From positions 198,710,001 through 198,774,000 of the forward strand of contig OX597815.1 in NCBI GenBank assembly GCA_951406725.2: a stretch of DNA of 64,000 nucleotides, given 5' to 3'. Below are positions 1 through 13,986 of the stretch, in pieces (within the stretch, counting starts at the first letter, position 1; the number at the start of each line of letters is the position of its first letter). The translations under genes were made by a program, and so were the position numbers. The notes beneath the pieces were generated by a model. That model saw only the letters and a list, made by a program, of their open reading frames with translations, was not told where the DNA came from and made no database searches. The stretch is from Octopus vulgaris. Lineage: Eukaryota.

Positions 1-624
1 TTAATAAACTAATGGTTCTTGAGCAATGTTTCTCCTGGTAATAATTTAAGCAGAATAAATCTATATGTATTTCAGCCAGCAAAGCCTGTGTAAGATTTTC
101 CTAGTTGTATCCGCCAACCAGCCGTGTGTAAGTACTTCTTTTCCTTATATAATATCTCTTCTTTTTCAAACCCGTAGTCAAAACAAATTTTAATGAATAA
201 TTAATATCAGGAAGAATAAGTGAAACTTTAAACAAACCTTGTTGAACCAGAATGACTACACAGACGGTGTTTACCTCATGGTTTATTTAAAATTAATGTT
301 TATTTAAATTTGAATATATTATAGTTCAAGCAAAAAATACATATAAATGATAATTAATAGATTTAGCAAGTCATATTGTAATTAACCAAAACAGGCAACA
401 GAAATAAAGAGAGTCTCCTATGAGTTGATTTACTCTGAGATACTCAGATCAAGGAAAGATTAATCAATTTATATGTAAATCTAACATATATTTTTGATGG
501 TTATGAAAGGAATAATAAGAACAAATATCTATAGATGCAAAATTTATATTTAGGAGGGTTGACAAAAAGAAATATAAATTTGTTATATGTTGTTAACGTC
601 TGTTAGTAGTTATCGACAAGCTAA

Positions 625-790
625 GTTATAATGGTCACAGGTTCGTGTGTCACATAGCTAGCTAGAGGCGATGGCCCCTTGGAGCTACTCAACGGCAGCA
701 TTCATCCTATTTTCTGGACTGCCACGTTAGCTTCAAGAGACCATTGCCTCGAGCTAGCTATGTGATACACGAACCTGTGTCCATTATAAC
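625..790. mobile_element. MITE-like hairpin element with ~63-bp inverted arms
   Basis: GTTATAATGGTCACAGGTTCGTGTGTCACATAGCTAGCTAGAGGCGATGG... is the near-perfect reverse complement of ...CCATTGCCTCGAGCTAGCTATGTGATACACGAACCTGTGTCCATTATAAC; non-coding. Confidence 0.7.
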
Positions 791-1553
791 CTTCGAACAT
801 GGACTACCATGTGCCTCCACATCTGTTGTACATATACATGCAAAACAAAACACACGGACGTATGTATATGCAAATATATACGTGTACATATACACGTATA
901 TATTATATATATGGTTATGTGTCTATACGATATGAATATTATCTTATAAAGTTTGCAGAACACTTTTTCCATCTTAGCGTAACTATCTCTTCCGAAGTGA
1001 TCTTTCAAAAGTTTTTCTTCTATGGAAAATATGCCGAAGATATGACATAAAATATATAATACTCACTTAACGGATACACGGCTGATGTCGTCCCATAATA
1101 TATTGTATCTTTTCTATTTTTTTATACAATATTTCATGTCTTTTACATTTTATCATATATCTTATATATAATACAATATATTACTGGTTTCTTTTCCTTA
1201 TTCATATGGCACAATATCCTGATTCAATATAGAAAAGTAATTTAGAGACGATATCACTGCTTTCTTGTTTCAAAATTCGAAAAACTTTTCCTCGAAAGAC
1301 AAACATTTATGGAAATTTAATATTAACGTTAATGCTATACGCCATATTCCAGTAACACACACGCACATACACACACGCACATACACACACACACAAACAC
1401 ACACTCTCACACACATATTTATATATATTCATATATATACATACGTATATATATATATGTTTGTGTATATATACATATGTATATACACACATATAATGCA
1501 CATACATATAACATATATATAAATGTAATATACATAAATACACATAAATATTT

Positions 1554-1612
<59 letters not shown>

Positions 1613-1844
1613 CACATATACATACATATAATATTATGTCATACGTTATATTATATATGAAGTTTTAATAAAAGTTTCTATATGCATTCAAAATATTTGA
1701 AATAATTATCCTTCATTTATCCTTGAATATAAGATCATGTGCCATGAACATTTTTTTTAAAAAAGGAAATTGCATAAGCATACCGTCGAATAACACAGAC
1801 CTACCTTTAACAGGTGTGTAAATCTACAATATTCTTAAAGATAC

Positions 1845-1913
<69 letters not shown>

Positions 1914-2687
1914 TTTATATATTTAAGAATTGTTAATTAAAAAACCATATATATATATATATATATACGTATTTAAGTATGTATATATACTTATATATAT
2001 ATACATATGTGGGATTGAGTATGTTTTTATAGAGCTTTTATACCTATGAAATTGTAATGCAAAAACTGTGTGAATAAGACAGTATAGTTACATCTAAAAT
2101 CAGTGACATTAAAAGCAGTGAAAGAAATATACGGAAAATGATTTGAAAAGCCACTTGTGGGTAAGAAGTGTAATAATTTATATTATGTATCTAATACAGT
2201 GTTCAGAATGTCAGACTAGTGAACAATAAAGTAATACTTAAATATAAAACTATAGATAAAATGAATAACTATATTGATACATTCACGGAGCCAGTATAGT
2301 TTGTGCATCGCAACCCGTCACAAACTTTGATAAAATATGCAGACTTAAACTTCTCACCTAACTGTAGATTTTTAACCATGTGGAGATTTGAACCTGCCAC
2401 TCACTGAGAAATATAAGCGCCCAAAAACCACTTATTTTGAAGCCAGCTAAAACTTTTCAAGTGCAGCGCCTTTTACCACAATTTTTCAATAAAAGACTCT
2501 TTACAACAGTGCGTGCACACACATACATGCGCGCGCATTCACACACGTATACACACAGATGCGAAAGGGCGCATATCTGTGTATGTTAAAAATTTCAAAG
2601 AATTTCATTCGATGAAATTTATATTAGAAAAAGGAGATGAGGCAAACGCTTAGAAACTGTAACATCAATAAAAGATATTATTTAGAT

Positions 2688-2806
2688 TTTTATAGCCATA
2701 TCACGTTGAAAGAACCGGTTCTCTTCCGATCACCGAAATTAAGCAATGTCGAGCCTAGGTAGTACTTAGATGGTTGACCGCTTGGGAAACCTAGGTGCAG
2801 TAAGCG
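2688..2806 (+). pseudogene. 5S rRNA pseudogene (full length, diverged, no oligo-T terminator)
   Basis: ...GCCATATCACGTTGAAAGAACCGGTTCTCTTCCGATCACCGAAATTAAGCAATGTCGAGCCTAGGTAGTACTTAGATGGTTGACCGCTTGGGAAACCTAGGTGCAGTAAGC follows the metazoan/molluscan 5S sequence over ~119 nt, with several substitutions, a degenerate 5' end and no TTTT directly downstream. Confidence 0.88.
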
Positions 2807-2819
2807 TCACACATTTATA

Positions 2820-3183
2820 GGCGTAGGAGTGGCATTGTTGTAGGAATGGCTGTGTGATAAGTAGCCTGCTTACCAACCACATAGTTTTGGGTTCAGTCCC
2901 ACTGCATGGCACCTTGGGAAAGTGTCTTCTACTATAGCCTCGGGTCGACCAAAGCCTTGTGAGTGGATTTGGTAGACGGAAACTGAAAGACGCCCGTAGT
3001 ATATATGTATATATATATATATGTGTGTGTGTATGCGTGTGTGTGTTTCTGTGTCTGTGTTTGGCCCCCGATAGAATAAGTACTACACTTACAAAGAATA
3101 AGTCCCTGGGTCGATTTTCTCGACTAAAGGCGCTGCTCCAGCATGGCCACAGTCAAATGACTGAAACAAGCAAAAGAGTAAAG
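2820..3183 (+). mobile_element. tRNA-derived SINE family A (probably octopus OK-type), internally deleted
   Basis: A/B-box head (GGCGTAGGAGTGGC...GGGTTCAGTCCC), body GGCACCTTGGG..GTGTCTTCTACTATAGCC, internal (TA)/(TG)n, tail CAGTCAAATGACTGAAACAAG; many copies in the window. Confidence 0.85.
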
Positions 3184-3439
3184 GAAGCATCTATTTAATA
3201 TTTAGGTATTTTAAAATATTTCAAACTTTCCTAAGGAATATACCATTCTCTTTTACCCAAAGGTCTATCGAGCTGGTCCTGGGTATTTTCCATATCTTAA
3301 TAGTTCACTCTTCTCGTCGAGTGCAATAGAAATTAAATATAAGTCTTACATAATCTCCAAGAGAATAACGTTTTATAAACGCTTGTCTACGCTACATTAC
3401 ACGTCAAGTAGAATACCCGACTGGTGATGATACCCAGTA

Positions 3440-4105
3440 GGCGTCATCTTGATTTCAGTGAAATGATAATTAAGTTGAATGCACTTGGAAGAAATGTGTT
3501 TGATCATAAAGCAATCTTCAAACAGAACGACTATAAACAGACATAATTTTTTTTTTATTTAAATTTTGCAACTTAAAAGCCATTGATTATTGCAAACAAA
3601 AAAAGAGCCTTCTCCAGGTGTCACTTCATGGGTTGGAATTCATTACTGCAGCTTGGTCGGTGCTTTCTTTCTTTATGAAGAATCTAATGGAGATCGTTAC
3701 TTGAGCATGCTTCAATTTTTCTTCTCGCTAGCTTTTGCAAGAATCAATAATCATCGAATTTATCACTTTCAGCAAGATGAACTCTTTCACATTATTCTGC
3801 TGATGTCAGAAATTGGTTTCATTAAAGTATGAATACAAAATGGATTGCAACACCCGAGGGGTTAGAATGAACAGCATGACCTACGGATCTTATTGTTCCA
3901 GATATTTTTCTTCTCGGGATTTCTTAATAACTGTCTTCAAGCATCCCTGAAACAATCTGAATGAGCTACGTGATAAAAATAAGGAATTCTTGAATTTTGA
4001 CATTGATGTTTCCAAGAAAACCTGCAGACATGTAACTGGTAGATTGGAAACTTTCATTGCTGCGATATAGCCATTTCGAAGATAATTTGTTTTATGAATA
4101 AACAT
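3440..4105 (+). pseudogene. Decayed Tc1/mariner-superfamily (DDxD) transposase remnant
   Basis: Fragments ..KAIFK..INRHN, SPGVTSWVGI..LVGAFF..NGDRYLSML..YHFQQD, KWI..LE..DL..DIFL resemble the mariner catalytic domain (FQQDGA...WP.RSPDL.P.DFFLWG); stops and frameshifts. Confidence 0.65.
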
Positions 4106-4560
4106 CAACTGAGAAAATAATTATTTTTACATGCTAAAAGTTTTTGTTTTTGGTAATTTATAGCAAATGTTATACATATTTATATATGTACATATGTGTG
4201 TATGTGAGTGTGCGTGCGTGCGCGCTCTTGTGGGTGGTGGCTTTTCGTGGGTAAAGAAGTGCAAGTGCTGGCAACGTGACTGATTTGAATTACTACATAC
4301 TGGTAGGTTGATTAGAAACTGTAGGTAAAGTTAGGGTTAGAATATCTCAAATTTAATATGAAAACACGTCACACTAAAATACTCATTCATTTTCCCTGTG
4401 ATCAAAAGAGGTTATATGTAAAAGTTCACACTTCATGGAGGCACTATCGTATAATCGGAAAACCTGCAAACATTCCGGTTGAGATGGAAATACGTACATC
4501 GTTGTTTTATCGAGTTTTCACTTTAAAAAATGTGATTCTCTATGTATGTATGTTTTTAAA

Positions 4561-4749
4561 CAGACAGATAGATAGATACAGAGGGATATAGATATAGATA
4601 TGGATATAGATATAGATATATAGAGATATAGATATAGAGATATAGAGATATATATATAGATATATAGATATAGATATATAGATATATAGAGATATAGATA
4701 GAGAGATATAGATATATAGATATATATATAGAGAGAGAGAGATATATAG

Positions 4750-4833
<84 letters not shown>
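4561..4833. repeat. (GATA)n / (GATATA)n microsatellite
   Basis: Directly visible; similar tracts at 7045-7125, 40113-40222 and 46200-46576. Confidence 0.95.
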
Positions 4834-5748
4834 GAAAGATCGTTTCAAATATATATTTAGCAATATATATGTGTATATGTACAGATTTGTTTACGTGTGT
4901 ATATGTATGCGTGTTGGTGCTGTTTGGAAAAGTTTGGCCTGTCTTACTATCAAATAAAAGATTTAGGAAGGATAACAAAATATACAACGAAATTAGGGGG
5001 TGATATTTAATGATGAGGCTTTCTACTGCTTTTGATTTCTACCTTACTATGAATCATTCCATTCCCTGTCTAGTTTCCGTCTTTGTTCATGCACTAATAT
5101 CCAACATTCTCTTATTTTGTGTTCTCATTACCCTTTATTCTGAGTTCTTTATCAGCACTCAAAATACCACATTGATCACGATATTCATAGTTCATTTTGT
5201 ATTTTATTCGATTGACCCTTTCGTGTTGATATCTTGTTTAGTACTGTATCCATGCCGTCGTTCTGTTTTTGCCAGAGCAAGGGCGGACTCCTGTTGACTA
5301 ATAACCCGATATCTCCTTGGACTTCAGTCAATACATGATAGAAAGGCACTTCATTGTTTCATGCACGGAGTGCTTTACATATTGTTTATAATATTATATT
5401 ATATTATATTGCATTGTATTCTGTTATGTATTATTTATGATATATAATTGTTCGAATACTGAAATTGATTAAGTAGGGGAAACGATTTCTGCTCCCACTA
5501 CGATAAATATAACTCTACATTTGTATTCTCAATACAATTTTCCATCGATGGTCAGAGTTAAAAGCTTGCATATGTATGTATGTATATATGCATGTATGTA
5601 TGCATGTATGTATGTATATATGAATATATGCATGTATGTATATATATATATATATATATATGAATATCCATACTAGGATAATTCATTCACCTACTTATAT
5701 ATATATGTATATATATATATATATATAAACACATACATATGTATATAT

Positions 5749-5783
<35 letters not shown>

Positions 5784-6838
5784 AATATGTGTATGTATAT
5801 ATATATATGTATAAATATGTATGTATATATGTATGTACAGAGAGTACAGAGAGAGAGAGACACGGGGAGAGAGAAATTATTGATAGATGGTTATCTATAT
5901 ATACATACATGTGTGTGTATGAATATTTCCTTTTATATGCGTATATATATATATATCATATATTGTGTATATATATGTGTATGTGTGTATATATACATGT
6001 GTATATATATGTGTATGTTTGTGTATATATACATACATACATACATACATGCATATATAAATATATATGGAAGTGTAGATAAATATATACATGTATATAT
6101 ATGTATATGTATACATACATATATATATGTGTATATATATATATATATATGCTTGTATATATTTATTTATACTGACTTACAAACGCATACACACATATAT
6201 GTACATACACACGGAAGACTCGTACACAAACAAGTCAATTCACTTAATGATGTTACAAAAGTTAATACACTTCCACACTAAATTATATGCCACCGTTGGC
6301 TAACCGGTGATTATGGCAAAAACCTACATATGTAAGGTAATTGAACGAAAACTGGCTTCAGGTAATTAATCTATCCGTAATGAGAAGCTCAACACTCATT
6401 TATTTGTTGATAATTTTCTTTTTCTTTTTGGTCACCATTGATGACATAATTGACATTTTGGATCTTTGCCAATTTCCTCGTGATTAAGCGAAGCTGTTCT
6501 TTCTTATCGTTGCACCTTGAATGTTTCTTTATGTATCAATTGTGACTATATAAAAAAAGATGTATGTATAAAAGTATATATATATATGTGTGTGAGTGTG
6601 TGATAGTGTATGTGTGTATGCTTTTTTACTTGCGTGTGTGTGTGTTAGATAGTACTGGCATACATATCTGCGTGTCTGCACACAAGCATACATATACTAG
6701 TATATATGTACACACGCATATATGTATAGACATACTTATATGTACACATTTGTGTATAAATATACAGATGTATATATATATATATATACATATTTATATA
6801 TGTGTATATATATATGTATATACTTATTTTATACATAT

Positions 6839-6885
<47 letters not shown>

Positions 6886-7043
6886 TATAAATATATATAA
6901 TAAGTATATATATATAGACAAACAGACAGATAGATAAATAGACAGATATATGTATATATATATTTATGTGTATGCATACTTTTATATACATTTGTAGATA
7001 GATTGATAAATAGACAGACAGACAGACAGACCGACAAACAGAC

Positions 7044-7125
<82 letters not shown>

Positions 7126-7661
7126 CTATTACTGACGTTTTGGAAATGTCACTGTAATTGTTGATGGGGAGGTGTATTGATGATGGTTCTTCTCGATGGT
7201 GCTTGTGATGACGGCGTCAAAGGCTGTGATGTTTTATATATCTCGTATATCTGAAACTACCATCGATGGTGAAGTTCTCCAAATCTTTTATATTTTTTCT
7301 TAGATATTTTATGTATATTTATGTATTGCATTTTTCGATATATTTGTTTGGTTTTTATACTATTTTGTTTTTCTTTTGTCTGGAATTTATTGATTATTAT
7401 TGATCATACATAGACTGTATATTAAGAATTTTCAATACATTAGCTTGATGAAATACCAGTTTATTACTGGTAAGAATTCTTCTCCAAAAATAATTTGCGG
7501 TGTCGAAGATTATGTGAATCCGTCTTTAAATATCGTAAGAAAAAAGGGTTAAAGAGTGTAGGTGATAATCCAAATACTGTCTTTGTTGATAGATATATAC
7601 GTCATCCCCTCCAGCAGCCTTTCATATGCTAGAATTTCATTTCCTCCCGTTCAATGACATG

Positions 7662-7875
7662 CGAGAGGGTGCTCAAAAGTCCCTATATTTGCGTAAAAGA
7701 AAATAAGTGAGGTCAGCTAATTATGATTTTATCCAACATGTTCCCTTCTCACATTCACACACTTACTGCAGCGCTCCTTCAGTTTGTCAAAGCCTTGTGA
7801 TAGAACTCGGAAGGTTTGGCCTTCAACTAGGCTTTTCGCGATAAGTAAAGGCAGGATCCTTTCAGTACCCACTCT
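7662..7875 (-). mobile_element. Non-autonomous mariner deletion derivative
   Basis: Imperfect TIRs CGAGAGGGTGCTCAAAAGTCC / GGATCCTTTCAGTACCCACTC; minus strand reads FYH..FDKLKERCSKCVNVRREHVG*, like a mariner transposase C-terminus. Confidence 0.65.
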
Positions 7876-8250
7876 TTTGTATCAAGCATTAAATATCGAG
7901 TGATAAAATTGCAACAAACGGCCGCTGTTACTACTAAAATACTCCCGTGAGGCGCCTTCTTAGCCCGTTTGTTTGACATAGCTCTCCACAGACAAGTGAA
8001 AAACTCTTCAGATCAAAAGCGCTCCTGAACAAGGGACAGCAAAGAACAAGCCGCTTCTTTTCACGGTGAAAGGCTTGCGCAAGCTGCTTGTCTCATGCTA
8101 GTAATACTGGTAGGACCAACCACAAAGATACAGTCGAAAACCAAGACTCAGGCTGGACACAATCATCCCCACTTGAGACGCAACAGGTTGAAAAAGTGAA
8201 TAAGTGAATATAGCAAGGGAAAAGAGTTTAGAGAGAAGAGCAGATGTCAA

Positions 8251-8350
8251 NNNNNNNNNNNNNNNNNNNNNNNNNNNNNNNNNNNNNNNNNNNNNNNNNN
8301 NNNNNNNNNNNNNNNNNNNNNNNNNNNNNNNNNNNNNNNNNNNNNNNNNN
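8251..8350. other. Assembly gap (100 N)
   Basis: Run of n. Confidence 1.
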
Positions 8351-8383
8351 AAAAAAATACGTATTTTTTTATTCATTTTCTTA

Positions 8384-8449
<66 letters not shown>

Positions 8450-8639
8450 TGTATATGTATATATGTATTTATGTATGTATGTATGTATTATATGTATATA
8501 TATATATATATATATACAATAACACGGACATTCATCCAGATGCGCATTCAAAAATGTGTGTGCGTGAGTCTTTATGTGACACAGAATTCGTATATTAATC
8601 CCATATTTAGCACTGCTAATAATCTGACGCTGGTGGTTA

Positions 8640-9077
8640 CACCGCATCGGCTCTGGGACTAAGATTTTCAGACGAATCGTGTAATCGAACAGCGTCGGCC
8701 AGATATTGTCATATTGAGTAAGTGAGACAAATAGTGTCAGATCATTGATGTAGCCATACCAAATGAATGTTGTGAGTAAAGAGGCTAAAAAAACACCAAG
8801 TACTCCCAATTGAAAGTAGAAAAGGCAAGACCGCGAGATGGTAATGTAAAAGTGATACCAGTGGTGATTGGAGCATTGGGCTCAATCCCATTGAAACTTC
8901 GAGACTTATCAAGGCAACTGGAAATCCCATGCAAGACTGATGTCTCGCAAAAAGCAGTCCTATTGGGCACAGCACACATCTTAAGGAAAGTATTATCTGT
9001 CTGAGGTGCTTGTTGTGACTTGACAGATGACTAAAACTCCGGTGCATTTTTACCTACACCGTGTTACGAAGGAATAA
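8640..9077 (+). mobile_element. R4/Dong-type non-LTR retrotransposon 3' fragment (RLE domain + 3' UTR)
   Basis: RLWD..FQT..VIEQRRPDIVI....IIDVAIP and VIPVVIGALG...SQKAVLLGTAHILRKVLSV*; ends in AATAATAAT. Confidence 0.8.
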
Positions 9078-9288
9078 TAATTATGGTTTCAAATTTTGCC
9101 AGAAGGGCAGCAATTTGGGGAGAGAGGATTACAATGACCCCATTCTTTAACTAGTTCTTATTTTTTCGGCCCAGAAAAGATGAAAAGCAAAGTCAACCTC
9201 GGCATAATTTGAACTCAGAATGTAGGGACAGGTGCAATTCCGCTATGCACTTTGTCCAGCGCGTTAACGATTCTGCCAGCTTGCCGCC
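9078..9288 (-). mobile_element. tRNA-derived SINE family B (MetaSINE-like central domain)
   Basis: Minus strand GGCGGCAAGCTGGCAGAATCGTTA...GAGTTCAAATT..CCGAGGTTGACTTTGC..TTCATC; same family as 17833-18063. Confidence 0.8.
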
Positions 9289-9296
9289 TTAATAAC

Positions 9297-9355
<59 letters not shown>

Positions 9356-9377
9356 GAACAACAACAACAACAACAAC

Positions 9378-9438
<61 letters not shown>

Positions 9439-9441
9439 ATA

Positions 9442-9667
9442 CTCTTTGCTCTTTTACTCTTTTACTTGTTTCAGTCATTTGACTGCGGCCATGCTGGAGC
9501 ACCGCCTTTAGTCGAGCAACTCGACCCCGGGACTTATTCTTTGTAAGCCAAGTACTTATTCTATCGGTCTCTTTTGCCGAACCGCTAAGTGACGGGGACC
9601 ATAAACACACCAGGATCGGTTGTCAAGCAATGCTAGGGGGACATACACAGACACACAAACACACACG

Positions 9668-9715
<48 letters not shown>

Positions 9716-9880
9716 TACGGCGGGCTTCTTTCAATTTCCGTCTACCAAATTCACTCACAAGGCTTTAGTCGGCCCGAGGCTATAGTAGAAGATACTTGCC
9801 CAAGGTGCCACGCAGTGGGAATGAACCCGGAACCATGTGGTTGATAACCAAGCTACTTACCACACAGCCACTCCTGCGCC
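9442..9880 (-). mobile_element. SINE family A, full length
   Basis: Complete head GGCGCAGGAGTGGCTGTGTGGTAAG through tail GAAACAAGTAAAAGAGTAAAAGAG on the minus strand. Confidence 0.9.
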
Positions 9881-9974
9881 TATTATTAATAGTAATAGTA
9901 ATAATAATAATAATAACAACAACAACAACAACAACAGCAACAACAACAATAGTAATGATAATAACAATAACAAT

Positions 9975-10025
<51 letters not shown>

Positions 10026-10029
<4 letters not shown>

Positions 10030-11027
10030 GTTAACAAAGCCGTAGATCCAACACAATATAAGAAAGAACAGAGAGAGCAGATGCGAAAATTTGGCTGGAC
10101 AAGAAACTACACAGTCAGTTCTTGAAGAATAAAGATGAGATTGATTAGAAGAGAACCTGGCAATGATTGCAGAAAGGGAACTTAAAAGGGCCCATTGTGG
10201 CATTAGTGTGCAGCGCTCAAGAACAAACTCTGAAAACAAACTACTCCAAATATTACATTGATAAAAGCACTGACTTGTCACAATGTAGGATGTGCTCTGA
10301 GAAGGGAGAAAGTATAATCCATTGTTAGTGAGTGCTGTCAGCTCGCACAACGCGAATATAAAAGGGGACACGACAATGTGGCCAGATATCTCCACTGGCT
10401 GTTGTTAAGTTACGCACAACGCGAATACAAAAGGAGACACGACAATGTGGTCAGATATCTCCACTGGCCGTTGTTAAGTCAACTTAACAACAGCCAGTGG
10501 AGATATCTGACCACATTGTCGTGTCTCCTTTTGTATTCGCGTTGTGCGAGCTGACAGCACTAGCAAACGTCGAGAGAGTCGAACAATGGTATGAACATAA
10601 GCCAGAGGGAGTAATGGAAAACAAACATTACAAAATACTCTGGGATTTTAACATGCAGTACGATTAAGTCATAGAAGTGAAGATAATAGATGTCGCAATA
10701 CAAGGCGATTCGAGGGTGAAATGTAAGAAAAAAGGAAAGGTTGAGAAACAACATTTACTGCAGGACGACATAGGAAATTTATGGGATATGAAGAAAATAA
10801 TAGTGATGTCTTTGGTAATTGGAGCATTAGGAGCATTTTCCAAGGTCTTTGGAAGGCATATGAAGAATATTGGAGCTGCTGTCAGGCTCGAGGTGATCCA
10901 GAAGACAACATTGTTGGGTACAGCTCGCATTCTAAGGGGAGCACTACTTGAAACCTTTGGTGATTCGTTGTTGTCTGCTTTCAAGTGAAGAATAACCGAT
11001 AATTAAGAACTATCCGAGAGGCTTTCA
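10026..11027 (+). mobile_element. R4/Dong-type LINE 3' fragment (Zn-knuckle + RLE + 3' UTR) with (AAT)n on both sides
   Basis: CRMC..., RHDNVARYLHW, KILWDFNMQ, KIIDVAIQGD, LVIGALG, QKTTLLGTARILR; aligns closely with 37900-38780. Confidence 0.85.
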
Positions 11028-11043
11028 TAATAATAATAATAAC

Positions 11044-11099
<56 letters not shown>

Positions 11100-11115
11100 T
11101 AATAATAATAATAAC

Positions 11116-11167
<52 letters not shown>

Positions 11168-11169
11168 TG

Positions 11170-11203
<34 letters not shown>

Positions 11204-11225
11204 TAATAATAATAATAATAATAAC

Positions 11226-11284
<59 letters not shown>

Positions 11285-11363
11285 TAATAATAATAATAAT
11301 AACAATAATAACAATAACAATAATAATAATAATAATAATAACAATAATAATAATAACAATAAC

Positions 11364-11404
<41 letters not shown>

Positions 11405-11435
11405 TAATAATAATAACAATAATAATAATAATAAC

Positions 11436-11473
<38 letters not shown>

Positions 11474-11492
11474 TAATAACAATAATAATAAT
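11027..11492. repeat. (AAT)n/(AAC) trinucleotide tract
   Basis: Directly visible. Confidence 0.95.
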
Positions 11493-11727
11493 TAAACAAC
11501 CTTTATTCAAGGACCTTCTGAGCGGGATGGGCTACTCGACCTGAAGTTGCCTCTACCTGCAAGTCCATGTGCTTTTTATTTCGATATGAGATTATCATGT
11601 TGCGCACATAGAGTTGTGATGCATGTGCCTGGTGTAACCTTTTCAGACAGGTAGTCCTGATGGGTATATTGGGCTTCGTATATTTTACCCCAGTGCCACA
11701 GTGACGGCATGCATTGCTCTGTCACTT
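11493..11727 (+). mobile_element. Unclassified interspersed repeat next to (AAT)n, possibly the 3' UTR of another Dong-like family
   Basis: Shares TAAACAACC.TTATTCA..., GAGCGGGAT, CCTGAAG, ACCTGCAAG, TATGAGAT, GCTTCGTATATTT with 20628-20805. Confidence 0.6.
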
Positions 11728-11743
11728 ATTAGACTCTTAAAAT

Positions 11744-11746
<3 letters not shown>

Positions 11747-11776
<30 letters not shown>

Positions 11777-12237
11777 AAGGAGGAGGAGGAAGAAGAAGGA
11801 GAAGAAAAAGAAGAAGAAGAAAAGAAAACAAGAAGAGGAGAAGAAGAAGAAGAAGAAGAAGAAGAAGGAGAGGAGGAGGAGGAGGAGGAAGAAGTAGAAG
11901 AAGAAGAAGAAGAAGAGAAGAAGAAGAAGAAGAAGAAGAAAGAAAGAAGAAGAAGAAGAACAACAAGAAGAGAGAAGAAGAAGAAGAGAGAAGAAGAAGA
12001 AGAAGAAGACAGAAGAAGAAGAAGAAGAAGAAGAAGAAGAAGAAGAAGAAGAAGAAGAAGAAGAAGAAGAAGAAGAAGAAGAAGAAGAAGAAGGAAGAAG
12101 AAGAAGAAGAAGAAGAAGAAGAAGAAGAAGAAGAAGAAGAAGAAGAAGAAGAAGAAGAAGAAGAAGAAGAAGAAGAAGAAGAAGAAGAAGGAGAAGAAGA
12201 AGAAGAAGAAGAAGAAGAAGAAGAAGAAGAAGAAGAA
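11747..12237. repeat. ~490-bp (GAA)n polypurine tract
   Basis: Directly visible; followed by GAT/CTA/CAT trinucleotide mosaics to ~14200. Confidence 0.95.
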
Positions 12238-12598
12238 TACATCAGCTGTTGTAGCGACAATGAGGATTCTGGAGGTGGTGTTGGTGCTGCTGCTGCTATT
12301 AGTAATGGTGATGATGATGATGACGACAACGACGACGACATCGAAGGCGATGATGGTGATGATGATGATGATGATAATGAGGAGAAGCATTCAGCCTAAT
12401 GTCAGGCCCAGCTCATTTTGTACAAATCGAAAGAACGTTGAAGTGAAAGTAAAGAGTGTTATCGGGGACCATTATTTCCAGCCTGTTGCCTCCTAATATC
12501 CTAGCTTCGTCAAAATTTTCACCTTAGCTCTGCCATTGCACGCCTCATTTCATTTAACAATTGACACATTTATTTCTCGGCTGCTGCTGCTGCTGCTG

Positions 12599-12674
<76 letters not shown>

Positions 12675-12762
12675 CATTTCTGTTACTGCCGCTGGTACAA
12701 CTGCCTTACTGTTAATAGCGCTGCATTTACCATCACCACCACCACCTCTACTACTGCTACTA

Positions 12763-12795
<33 letters not shown>

Positions 12796-13600
12796 ATACT
12801 ACTACTACTGCCGTACATAATCAACATCATATTCTACAACGGCAGCGACAGCAGCCCGTAAATAACTTTCAAAGTCGTCGTCATCGCCATCATCATCATC
12901 ATCGTCATCATACTTGATTGAACCTCACAGACACCATCACCACTGCCAATACCATCACCACCACCACCACCATCAGCATCAGCAGCAGCAGCAGCAGCCA
13001 CCTCTACGTCATCTATCAATGCTATTATAATTATTGTTGGTGTGTTGTGAATGAAACTAAAATTTCGAATAGACATATTTGGCCGATTTCAGTTGTCATT
13101 ATTGTTGTTCTTCTTCTTGGTGTTGTTCTTGTTGTTCTTATTGTTGATGAAGATGATGATGATGTTGCCTTTGTCGTTTAATCTCAGCTGAATATTGACA
13201 GAGCAGGGCATTCATCCCTAAGGCTTCTAATTGTTGTTCTCCCTTTCTTTTCGTAAATGCGTGGAAGTCCCAGTGCCATATCATACAGCGCTAGAATGGG
13301 ATTCGTGGGAAAATTTCTCAGCTATTTCTAGCGGGTCGAGTGACAATGTAATGGTGGTGGTGATGATGACGATGATGATTATGATGATGAAGATGATGAT
13401 GATGGTTGTGGTGGCGGTGCTGGTGGTGCTGGTGGTGCTGGTGATTATGACAATGATGATGATGGTGATGACGGTGATGATGAAAATAATGTTTATTATG
13501 ATGTGGCTGTAGTCATGATCGTGGTCTTGGTGATGGTGATGACGATGATGATTTAGTGGTGGTGATGGTGGTGATGGCTGTGGTGGTGGTGATGATGGTT

Positions 13601-13642
<42 letters not shown>

Positions 13643-13734
13643 GTGATGGTGGTGGTGTTGTGGTAGTGTTAATGATTACGATGATGGTTGCGGCGGCTTT
13701 TTCTAATGATGATTTCAATAATGAAGATAATCTT

Positions 13735-13900
13735 CTGAACTATGAGCACAAAGTCTGCGATTTGGGGAGGCGGCAGCCTCACCCACAAAAACACACACAC
13801 ACACACACACATTTACTGCTCAACTGTTCTCATCATATCGATCCCGAAAGGATGAAAGGCAAAATTCGGCTCCAGCGGAATTTGAAGTCAATACGTAAAC
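13735..13900 (-). mobile_element. SINE family B fragment
   Basis: ATCGATCCCGAAAGGATGAAAGGCAAAATTCGGCTCCAGCGGAATTTGAA matches the family B core. Confidence 0.65.
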
Positions 13901-13928
13901 GATGATGACCATAATAATAATAATAATG

Positions 13929-13986
<58 letters not shown>

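Noticed and set aside
7441-7482. TTGATGAA-TACCAGT..ACTGGTA hairpin and nearby GAAACTACCATCGATGGT
   Set aside because: Hammerhead-like, but core (C3, GAAA) and stem I not satisfied.
7920-8250. Higher-GC segment before the gap, possible exon or retroelement
   Set aside because: No recognisable protein motif in the frames I could read.
11640-11725. Possible HDV- or pistol-like ribozyme in the AAT-associated repeat (minus CACTGGGGTAAAATATACGAAGCCC)
   Set aside because: Could not complete the required pseudoknot pairings by eye.
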